Source: a virus
Lineage: Duplodnaviria; Caudoviricetes
Reading direction: 5' to 3' (one strand)
Length of the DNA stretch: 36,542 nucleotides
IMG/VR virus record: IMGVR_UViG_3300017553_000339
Location: 1 to 36,542 of that record
In this document: positions 25,632 through 32,782 of the stretch, piece after piece
Layout of the letters: each line of letters begins with the position of its first letter
Numbering within the stretch: position 1 is the stretch's first letter
Program-made: the position numbers and the translations under genes
The notes under the pieces: generated by a model
The model's input: only the letters and a program-made list of their open reading frames with translations
Told to the model about the DNA's origin: nothing
The model's database searches: none

Positions 25632-25954
25632 CCGCGCAGGCGGCGCTTCATGCGTTCGAACTCTTCTTCGCTGGTAATGCCGATCGCGGGATGGGTCGGT
25701 ATTGCCGTGACCGGCGTAACCTCTGGCCAGTTGGTGTTGCACTGAGAGCAGCGAATATGCTGGCCGATAGCCCAGCGGCTGCGGTTCCAGCGCTTGAGGA
25801 ATGCGAGGCGGAGGAGCGGGGTCGGTTCGACAATGATAACCCGCCCGCATTTCTTGCAGGTGAGGCGGAGAGCAAAACCACGCGCGGCGATCTGGTCGAG
25901 GGTGTCGCACTCTATCCGCTGGCGCTCCTCATGATATTCGGGGCCGGACAACAT
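25628..25954 (-). CDS. Zn-ribbon hypothetical protein
   Basis: CKKC...CSQC pairs; directly downstream of the YozE-like gene. Confidence 0.7.
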   Translation of the reverse strand: MLSGPEYHEERQRIECDTLDQIAARGFALRLTCKKCGRVIIVEPTPLLRLAFLKRWNRSRWAIGQHIRCSQCNTNWPEVTPVTAIPTHPAIGITSEEEFERMKRRLRG

Positions 25955-25960
25955 AAGCCG

Positions 25961-26188
25961 TCAGTAGCTGAGCCAGTCCAGTTCGGCGTCGTCCACCGCC
26001 TGGAACATGTCGCCCTCGGCCTGCACCTCGCGGAGCCGCTTGCGGACGGCCTCCGGGTCGCCGCGCCGGGGGAACCCGCGATCGTCCTTCGCCGCCTTGA
26101 CGAGTTCGCCCACCCACCCCTCTCGGTCGCGCTGTTGCAGCAGCCATTCTCCGAACGGCGGGCGTTGCTCTCCATATCTGTCCAGCAT
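25961..26188 (-). CDS. YozE/SAM-like small protein
   Basis: FGEWLLQQ.DR...VGEL..AAK.D.GFP...D...VR..L...AVDDAE..W; RBS AAAGGAGG. Confidence 0.75.
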   Translation of the reverse strand: MLDRYGEQRPPFGEWLLQQRDREGWVGELVKAAKDDRGFPRRGDPEAVRKRLREVQAEGDMFQAVDDAELDWLSY

Positions 26189-26209
26189 GATAGCCTCCTT
26201 TGAAAAGGA

Positions 26210-26224
26210 GAACATTAAGAGAAC
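26210..26224 (-). promoter_or_regulatory. Alphaproteobacterial LexA (SOS) box
   Basis: GTTC-TCTTAAT-GTTC on the minus strand, 22 nt before the start codon; TTGACC at 26239-26244. Confidence 0.85.
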
Positions 26225-26240
26225 AAGCGGAGCGAGTCGG

Positions 26241-26534
26241 TCAAGCGGGTTGCGGTGGGTGGAGGTGGTCGCGCATCTCAGCTATGCGGGTGCGGATTGA
26301 TTGGGCGACCGTCTCCGAGCATTCGAACCAGCCAGTTTCGTCCTCTCCGTACTGTTCGCCGATGGAGAGCGCCACCCTCGCGCACTCCTCCCCGATCTCG
26401 TCCAGCGCGACGACAAGGGCGGCGGTGGCGGCTCTCCGGTCAACGTCGCTAAGTCTGGCAACCGGCCTTGTGCCGGGCAGCGCGCGGGCATCCCGGATCG
26501 TCCGCGCCATGCGTTCGATGAGGTCACTCATCAA
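26241..26534 (-). CDS. Hypothetical phage protein
   Basis: MSDLIERMARTI...IGEECARVA...IR phage-type pattern; coupled to the upstream gene. Confidence 0.65.
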   Translation of the reverse strand: MMSDLIERMARTIRDARALPGTRPVARLSDVDRRAATAALVVALDEIGEECARVALSIGEQYGEDETGWFECSETVAQSIRTRIAEMRDHLHPPQPA

Positions 26535-26719
26535 AACATCTCCATCTGAGTTGCGGCTGGACGGATAGCCATCGCCTCGCGTCTCGCTCTGGCGGCACCT
26601 GCGATCATCCAGTCTACATTCTGACCTCTGCGGCTCCGGGCCTCGCGCAGAAGCACGCGGGCGTAGTAGAGGAGGAATGCGCGCCGTTCTTCGGGCGGCT
26701 TCACGTCGCGGGGCGTCAT
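26531..26719 (-). CDS. Hypothetical protein (62 aa)
   Basis: ATG overlaps the methyltransferase stop; ends Q.EMF. Confidence 0.6.
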   Translation of the reverse strand: MTPRDVKPPEERRAFLLYYARVLLREARSRRGQNVDWMIAGAARARREAMAIRPAATQMEMF

Positions 26720-28080
26720 GGGGCTACTCTCATTCGAAGCATGCCAGTCGGGACATTGGTCCCACTCTCCGAAAAGCTGCCGACCGGTAGATCGCGCCAT
26801 TCGCCCTTCAGTTCGCAGTGATCGTAATGCGCGGTAGCCGGAAGGATGCTGACCAGCGTACCGCCCGGCTTAAGGAACTTGTAAGCATGCCTTACATGTT
26901 GGGCATAATGCCGCCCATAAAACGGCGGGTTCATCACAACCACGTCAAATTCTGGCGTCGGTGGATGCTCAAGAAAGTTTGCGGTCAGCACAGCGTGCCC
27001 CTTCGCTCGCGCAACGCTCGCCCGCGCCGGGTGATACTCGATCCCGAAACAATCCTGCCCACGCTCGTGCAGCACATCCAGAATCCTGCCATCGCCGCAT
27101 GACGGCTCCAGTACCTTCAGGATCGGCATTTTGTAGTTCGTGTAGTGCGCCGGGTTCGGGATACCAGCAAACTCCATCGCCGCATCGACCACCGCGCGCG
27201 GCGTCGGGTAGAATTGCAGATCCTTCGATACCGCTGTGCTTGCGCTTGGCTTCACACCTTCCGGCTCGGCGTCTGGCAGAACCTCGCCATAGAACTCGGC
27301 CAACGCCCGGTTGATGTCGAGCAGCGTATCGGGCGTGAAATAGACATGAGCGTTACCATTGCCGAACTTGCGAACCGTCAAGCCGCGATTGACAGTTTGG
27401 AACGTCTTAACCTTGCCGTATCGGTCGGTGCGACTGACAGGCTTCCCGTCGAGCACAGCATCCTCACCCCGGTCGTGCATGACGCTTATCGCGCTGAACT
27501 CAGCATGGGCGAAATGCTCGATCCCCTGATAGGCGGCCAGCGCGTTTACGATGTCGCGGAAACGATCCCGTGCCCAGCTCCCGCTATATTCACCCCATCC
27601 ATTCAGGATCACGCGCTTCGGCAATCCCTTGACGCCGATGCGGACCTTGCTGTGCGAGCGATATGCCGGGTCCAAGCTGGCGAACGCCTCTGCCAGCCCA
27701 CGCAAGATATGAAAGCGTGGGCGCATCAGATAATCGCCGAATGTGGCCTTAGCCGTCTCCATCGTGAGCGGTGGCGGGTTTGCCATCGTCTGGTCGAATA
27801 GCTTCTTGTCCTTGGCACTCGCAATCTTGGCAATATCGAGCCGGTTGTAGACCGCCTTCCAGCCAGACTTGAGCAGGTTCACCTTGAGGCTGTTGGCGTT
27901 CAGATATGACCGACTACCGATAGGCTCCACGAAGTTACCCATGACTGTACCCGCCATCTGGAGGTCATCAAAGGCGCTGTTGAATGCTTCGATAGCGTTC
28001 TCCACGTTCGCTATCTTCTCCTCATACTCAGCGATGAGGTCGGCAACAGTGCGTTGCGGTGCAAGGGTATTGCTGCCCAT
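26716..28080 (-). CDS. DUF4942-type SAM-dependent DNA adenine methyltransferase
   Basis: QFYPTP, VLEPSCGDG (motif I) and VVMNPPF (motif IV); N-terminal domain with F.NGNAH; RBS GGAGG. Confidence 0.88.
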   Translation of the reverse strand: MGSNTLAPQRTVADLIAEYEEKIANVENAIEAFNSAFDDLQMAGTVMGNFVEPIGSRSYLNANSLKVNLLKSGWKAVYNRLDIAKIASAKDKKLFDQTMANPPPLTMETAKATFGDYLMRPRFHILRGLAEAFASLDPAYRSHSKVRIGVKGLPKRVILNGWGEYSGSWARDRFRDIVNALAAYQGIEHFAHAEFSAISVMHDRGEDAVLDGKPVSRTDRYGKVKTFQTVNRGLTVRKFGNGNAHVYFTPDTLLDINRALAEFYGEVLPDAEPEGVKPSASTAVSKDLQFYPTPRAVVDAAMEFAGIPNPAHYTNYKMPILKVLEPSCGDGRILDVLHERGQDCFGIEYHPARASVARAKGHAVLTANFLEHPPTPEFDVVVMNPPFYGRHYAQHVRHAYKFLKPGGTLVSILPATAHYDHCELKGEWRDLPVGSFSESGTNVPTGMLRMRVAP

Positions 28081-28198
28081 CACCGCGCCTCCGGGATGGC
28101 AAAACCATTCCGACAAATTGCTGAAAGCCGCAGATATGCGTGAGGGAACAAAGGAAAAACCTGTCGGAATTTCCCTTGAAAACAAGGCCTTTCCAGAG

Positions 28199-28245
28199 GA
28201 CTTTTAATCAGTAGGTCGCTGGTTCGAACCCAGCAGGGCTCACCA
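28199..28245 (+). other. Attachment site: 3' half of tRNA-Lys(UUU) (prophage attR and left junction of second element)
   Basis: GA-CTTTTAA-TCAGTAGGTC-GCTGG-TTCGAAC-CCAGC-AGGGCTC-ACCA gives anticodon loop, T arm and CCA. No 5' half upstream. Confidence 0.9.
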
Positions 28246-28398
28246 TTTTCATAGCGCAAAAACAGATGCTTACCCCGAACGGGGGCGGCTTCAAAAGCTA
28301 CTTGCGATTTTACTTCTAGCGTATTTCTAGCCCCTCTAGCTGTTCATAGCAGCACCCCACGCCCGAAGGCGCAGGGTGCTGGCAGCGTGGCACAGGTG

Positions 28399-28710
28399 TT
28401 AGCGGGCGAACTGGTGAGTGTAGCCAATCACCTTGCCCTCAGAATCCACTGAGATGGCGTAATGGAACCCTCCGAGGACTCCGGTTTCCATCCATTGATA
28501 GAGTTGTCCCCCAGCCATTGCAGATATTGAGCAAGGAGGACCGACCCGCTTGATCACATTCTCAATCGGCCAACCGCCTATATTTCCCATCGCGACAAAT
28601 TTTTTCGGAGACGGGGTAGGCGTCGGTGTGGGGATGAGTTGATCGCCCGCTTTGACCCTCCACCAAATGAACGCGCACAACAGCGCGATAATTCCTAGAA
28701 CTTCCATCAT
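28399..28710 (-). CDS. Membrane-anchored small protein (SmpA/BamE-like periplasmic fold suspected)
   Basis: N-terminal TM, PTPTPTP linker, VIKRVGPP...LYQW...ISVDSEGKV. Confidence 0.6.
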   Translation of the reverse strand: MMEVLGIIALLCAFIWWRVKAGDQLIPTPTPTPSPKKFVAMGNIGGWPIENVIKRVGPPCSISAMAGGQLYQWMETGVLGGFHYAISVDSEGKVIGYTHQFAR

Positions 28711-28760
28711 CACCTCAACCCACGCCTGAAAAGACCGTTCATGTAGCAAGAGACGGTTAA

Positions 28761-28778
28761 TAGGGACTATATTCCCTA
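28761..28778. promoter_or_regulatory. Palindromic operator before XRE regulator
   Basis: TAGGGA-CTATAT-TCCCTA between divergent genes. Confidence 0.6.
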
Positions 28779-28811
28779 GAGAATATATGCCCGGTCGTCA
28801 TCCATCGTTGG

Positions 28812-29024
28812 ATGGACGATTGGCGCGCCATTGTTGGGAAGAATGTCAGGCGATTCCGCCAGCACGCCCAAATGACGCAGGAGCAATTGGCATTCGCGGC
28901 TGAAATTGACCTCACCTATGTCGGCGGCATAGAACGCGGAAAGCGCAATCCGTCCGTTCTGGTTCTGGTCAGGATCGCGAAGGCGCTCGGCACCGAACCC
29001 GCTAAACTACTGCTACCCAGCTAA
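28812..29024 (+). CDS. XRE-family HTH regulator (R-M controller protein-like)
   Basis: VGKNVRRFR....TQEQLAFAAEIDLTYVGGIERGKRNPS...IAKALG. Confidence 0.9.
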   Translation: MDDWRAIVGKNVRRFRQHAQMTQEQLAFAAEIDLTYVGGIERGKRNPSVLVLVRIAKALGTEPAKLLLPS

Positions 29025-29254
29025 TCAGCCCGCATAAGCCGCGTTCCATGTGCCGTCATGCTCCCAGCGGCGCAGGCAAGCGACAATCTCAATCATGTCG
29101 TCACGCGCCAGCGTCCCGCTTTCGATACCGGGCAGCACCTCGCGCTAACCCATGCGTCGAACGAGCCGAACATGACCGTGAACGGGGACGGTCGCGGCTT
29201 CTTGGCATCTTCCAGCTTCGCCGTGCGCTTCTGAAGTGCCCGGATGCCCGCCAT
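29025..29254 (-). pseudogene. Frameshifted small gene (apparent 1-nt deletion near 29146)
   Basis: MAGIRALQKRTAKLEDAKKPRPSPFTVMFGSFDAWV, then in a shifted frame REVLPGIESGTLARDDMIEIVACLRRWEHDGTWNAAYAG*. Span is 230 nt, i.e. 3n-1. Confidence 0.6.
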
Positions 29255-29259
29255 TGTGG

Positions 29260-29586
29260 TTATCGCAGTCCGAGGTGATAGCGAAGATCAAAGGGCAGGT
29301 CTGGCGCACCGGGACGACTCGCAACGGGCGGGGCCGCTGACTCTGGCGCGAGGGCGACCATAGGTGCAGGCACGGGGACCGTCACCTGCTCCCTGCGCCC
29401 CAATATCGCATAGATGGCGGGCGCGGCACGCTGGAACTGCTCAAACTCCAACCGGGCCAGCGCGGCGTCAATCGCCATCTGCTCCTGCATGGCAGCGAAG
29501 TGGCGGGGTGCCAGCATGGCGCGAATCTCCGCCTGCTGCTCGCATTCAATACGGCGGCGTTCCGCCAGCGAAATATCAGCCTTCAT
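29260..29586 (-). CDS. Hypothetical protein
   Basis: ATGA overlap with the upstream gene. Confidence 0.6.
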   Translation of the reverse strand: MKADISLAERRRIECEQQAEIRAMLAPRHFAAMQEQMAIDAALARLEFEQFQRAAPAIYAILGRREQVTVPVPAPMVALAPESAAPPVASRPGAPDLPFDLRYHLGLR

Positions 29587-29966
29587 CGCAGCACTCCCAA
29601 ATGACCGAGCATGTCCAGCGCGTCCGCCCGATCCCGCTCGCTGCTGCTCTCGCGCAGCACGTCCATGAAGTTCTTCACCGCCTGCTCGCGGAAAGCGGGG
29701 TCAAGGTTGGCAATGGGCTGTGGCGGTTCCGGTTCGATACCGAGGAAGTTCATCATCTCGCCGCCTGACATGGGCAGCACCTTGACGTTCACGCCCTCCT
29801 GCGCCGCAAGCCGCTCCGCTGCCTTGCGCCACCTGTCGTATTCGTCCGCCTGCTGGACGGCAGCACGCTTGCCATTGATGAGGATGACAAGGAACAGGTC
29901 ACGCGGACCCGGTTCCGGGCACATGGCACGATATGGCGCACGCCAGCTTCGATAATCAGTCATCAT
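29583..29966 (-). CDS. Hypothetical protein
   Basis: RBS GGAGGG before ATG at 29966. Confidence 0.65.
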   Translation of the reverse strand: MMTDYRSWRAPYRAMCPEPGPRDLFLVILINGKRAAVQQADEYDRWRKAAERLAAQEGVNVKVLPMSGGEMMNFLGIEPEPPQPIANLDPAFREQAVKNFMDVLRESSSERDRADALDMLGHLGVLR

Positions 29967-30049
29967 GCCCTCCGTGGGGGTCTGAGGGGATTTTCGGTGT
30001 GGCCGGTCGCATCGCCGACTTTTCCAACCGAAGTGCAAATAATTCCATT

Positions 30050-30547
30050 TTACGCTCGGGCATTGCTCGCCTCCTCAAGAGCGGCAATCCTCGCCTCAAG
30101 CTCCTCGGTAGCGCGCACGTCCGCGAGCGATTTGATGCTGTCGATGATGAGCCTGCCCACATCGGGAGCGACCGCGCCAGCGGCCACGGCGTCCAGCACT
30201 TGGGCGACCTGTTCGCTGATCGGTGCGGTCGCATCAAACTCGAAGTTCACCTTCTCAGCCTGCGCCTTGACGGACGGCAAGACCTTGGACAACACGATGG
30301 ACGCGGCGTTCGTATCGCCTTCCAGCGCCCGTCCGACCAGCATCGCGACGATGTTGCGCATCTCGTCCAACGCCGCCTGCGTGGCCAGCAGCCGTTTGTC
30401 GGGCACGCCTGCCGGTCGTCCCTTCGGGTTGGGCGACGGACCATTCTTCACCCATGCGGGGTTGCCCGGACCACGCGGCTCGGTGGGGATCGGCGGCGGG
30501 GTGGGCTTCCAGTCCGTGCCCCACGGTGGCGGAATGATGTTTGTCAT
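30050..30547 (-). CDS. DUF5681 / small-terminase-like protein
   Basis: WVKNGPSPNPKGRPAG...ALEGD..AA...L..VLP...ELEARIAALEE. Confidence 0.75.
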   Translation of the reverse strand: MTNIIPPPWGTDWKPTPPPIPTEPRGPGNPAWVKNGPSPNPKGRPAGVPDKRLLATQAALDEMRNIVAMLVGRALEGDTNAASIVLSKVLPSVKAQAEKVNFEFDATAPISEQVAQVLDAVAAGAVAPDVGRLIIDSIKSLADVRATEELEARIAALEEASNARA

Positions 30548-30576
30548 CGGATGCCTCGGATTGTTTAGAACAAGGA

Positions 30577-31287
30577 TCAGACGACGAACGACTGCTCAGC
30601 CGCCGCCTTGGCTGCACGAAGTTGTTGCACTTTTGCTTGTTTCGCCCCGACCGCCTTTTCCATCTCCTTGAAGATGAGGCCGCCTCGTTCACCGAGCAGT
30701 TCCAGCCCCGCCTTCGCCGCCCGCAGTTGCTTGGCGGCACGCGGGTTGGACTTTTCGTGATGCAGCCGGAGCAAGATGTTCTGCATCTCCGGGGTGATGC
30801 CGGACAGGTAGGAAACTCCGCCCAGCACAGCGCCCACGGTGCGTTCGTCGCCTGCCTCGATAGCCTTCTGGATGAACCCCATGCGCTGACCTTCCGGCAG
30901 CGAATGGACATAAGAGCGAATCTCGCCCGCCATCGCGCCCACGCCCCTGCTCTCGATGGGCTGGGACAGGTCGCGTTCCAGACCCTCAATCACCCGGTTC
31001 AGGCCCGCCGTGGCGCTGTCGAACCGCTTGAGCAATCCGGTAGCGACCTTGTCCGCGAAGTTCTGCGTTTCGATGAGGGCAGCGGCTTCGTTCCACGCCG
31101 GGTTGCGTTTCGACGCCGCGCTGGCATCGTGGACGCGCCCGACACCGATATACGCCTCGTTGAACGCGGCTTCGGTCCCAGCAAGAATGCTGGCGGTGTC
31201 GTCGTCGTATTCGTCAATCGCCCGCACAGTCTGCGGATGAAAAGATGGCGTAACGCGAATGTCGGTGTCTTGAATTTCATCGGACAT
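30577..31287 (-). CDS. All-helical hypothetical protein (236 aa)
   Basis: RBS GGAGG; first gene of the leftward operon. Confidence 0.75.
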   Translation of the reverse strand: MSDEIQDTDIRVTPSFHPQTVRAIDEYDDDTASILAGTEAAFNEAYIGVGRVHDASAASKRNPAWNEAAALIETQNFADKVATGLLKRFDSATAGLNRVIEGLERDLSQPIESRGVGAMAGEIRSYVHSLPEGQRMGFIQKAIEAGDERTVGAVLGGVSYLSGITPEMQNILLRLHHEKSNPRAAKQLRAAKAGLELLGERGGLIFKEMEKAVGAKQAKVQQLRAAKAAAEQSFVV

Positions 31288-31587
31288 TACTGGGCCTCCA
31301 ATGCCGGATACGGCTAGTATTAGGCTAGAGTGTAGGGAGGTAGCGCGAAGGTCAGCAAGTATTTTGTTTGTTAAAACAATGACTTAGTTCAGTTCTGTGC
31401 ACCGTGAACACCATATAACATATTTGTGGGTCGGCACTTTTGGGGTGATGACCACACCGGCGCGGGCGCTGTGGGGCACGCTGGGGCGCGGCGCCGTAGG
31501 GGCGAGCGCGGTGCTTTCGCGCGCCCAGACCCGGCGCTGCCCCCTATGCGCGGCGACCGCGCTGGCGGCGGTAATGACAAAGGGGGA

Positions 31588-31634
31588 TTGACACAGTTGT
31601 ATTATACAACTTACGACGGTTGCACGGCACAACC
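31588..31634 (+). promoter_or_regulatory. Promoter and two MarR-type operators
   Basis: TTGACA at 31588; AGTTGTATTATACAACT (31595-31611) and GGTTGCACGGCACAACC (31618-31634) share GTTG-N7-CAAC. Confidence 0.7.
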
Positions 31635-31655
31635 TTTCGATAGAAAGCCCCGAAT

Positions 31656-32585
31656 ATGAACCCCGATCCTAATTTGGTTACAGAAATACGCGACGTTTCG
31701 CGTGCGATGGCACGTGAGTGGGGCTTCATGGGTGGCGGTTTCGCGGGCACCGAGCTTTCGCCATCCGCGGTCCATGCCCTGATCGAGATTGAGAAAGGCG
31801 GCTTAACCGCCCGCGATCTTGGAAGCCGCCTTCGTCTCGAAAAGTCGAGCGTCAGCCGGATGCTGCGCAAGCTCATCGAGTCCGGCGACGTAAACGAGAC
31901 AGCCGATGGTCGCCTCAAACGACTCTCACTTACGCCACAGGGACAGGCGCGCGTGGCCGCGATCCATGCCTTTGCGAGCGATCAGGTCGTCGCGGCCCTT
32001 CGCCATCTGAAGCAGGGCCAGGAACGTGCCGTCTTGGACGGGCTTCGCCTCTATGCCGATGCACTCGGCGCGACCAGCGAACCGCAAGCGCCTCCCGCCA
32101 TCAACATTGTCCGCGGCTATCAGACCGGCATCATCGCGCGGGTCACGGAAATGCACGCGCTCTACTATGCGAGGGAGACAGGTTTCGGGCAACGCTTCGA
32201 GAGCGTCATCGCAGGGGGTCTTGCAGATCTCTGCAACCGGCTCGAAAGTCCCCGGAACGAAATCTGGGCGGCAATGCAGGGTGACGAAATCGTCGGTTCG
32301 GTTTCGGTCGATGGCGAGGATATGGGAGAGGGTATAGCGCACCTTCGCTGCTTCATCGTCAGCGACCGGGTGCGTGGCGGAGGTGCAGGGCGTAAGCTGC
32401 TTTCGGCTGCCATTGCCTTCGCAGATGAGAGCGGCTTTGCCGAAACCCATCTCTGGACTTTCAAGGGGCTTTCAGCGGCACGTCACCTCTACGAGAGTTT
32501 TGGGTTTGTCTGTGTTGAAGAAAGGCTCGGCCAACAATGGGGCAAGGAAGTGATGGAGCAACGGTTCGTCAGGTTGCGCCCATGA
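31656..32585 (+). CDS. MarR wHTH-GNAT acetyltransferase fusion (cargo)
   Basis: N-terminal L..RLRLEKSSVSRMLRKL wHTH; C-terminal VRGGGAGRKLL and LWT..GL.AARHLYE.FGF GNAT motifs. Confidence 0.9.
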   Translation: MNPDPNLVTEIRDVSRAMAREWGFMGGGFAGTELSPSAVHALIEIEKGGLTARDLGSRLRLEKSSVSRMLRKLIESGDVNETADGRLKRLSLTPQGQARVAAIHAFASDQVVAALRHLKQGQERAVLDGLRLYADALGATSEPQAPPAINIVRGYQTGIIARVTEMHALYYARETGFGQRFESVIAGGLADLCNRLESPRNEIWAAMQGDEIVGSVSVDGEDMGEGIAHLRCFIVSDRVRGGGAGRKLLSAAIAFADESGFAETHLWTFKGLSAARHLYESFGFVCVEERLGQQWGKEVMEQRFVRLRP

Positions 32586-32637
32586 CCACAATTTGGCGCG
32601 AGCGGGCGCAAGCAAGCTGAACCCGCGAGGTCAGACC

Positions 32638-32779
32638 TGTTACATGGGCCGGTATTGGCAAAATGTGTAACAACGGCAACATCGGTAACAACGAGTGCTT
32701 AAAAAGGGTCTAATTATCAAACAACTGTTACCGTTGTTACCGTTGTTACATGCTGTGGTCATAGGGGGCGAATGTAACA
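32638..32779. repeat. Inverted iteron arrays flanking an AT-rich spacer; probable origin of the element
   Basis: GTAACAACG-type unit x3 (32667-32693), AT-rich spacer, CGTTGTTAC-type unit x3 (32723-32749); outer TGTTACA (32638) and TGTAACA (32773). Confidence 0.8.
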
Positions 32780-32782
32780 GCT

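Larger units (their letters stand above)
1..28245. mobile_element. Temperate podovirus-type prophage (left end outside window), right end at tRNA-Lys attR
   Basis: Continuous immunity, replication, packaging, head, short tail, ejection, fibre and lysis gene order. No tape measure or sheath gene. Ends at a duplicated tRNA 3' half. Confidence 0.95.

Noticed and set aside
28146-28160. Second LexA box (GAAC-N7-AAAC) upstream of the methyltransferase
   Set aside because: Mismatch in a core position, and it lies in the att arm region; not enough support.
28170-28245. Intact tRNA-Lys gene
   Set aside because: No acceptor 5' strand or D arm upstream, and only 2 bp of the anticodon stem can form. 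It is an att duplication.
31388-31413. Degenerate att core ending in CACCA
   Set aside because: Only GTTC and CACCA match the tRNA end; too weak to call.
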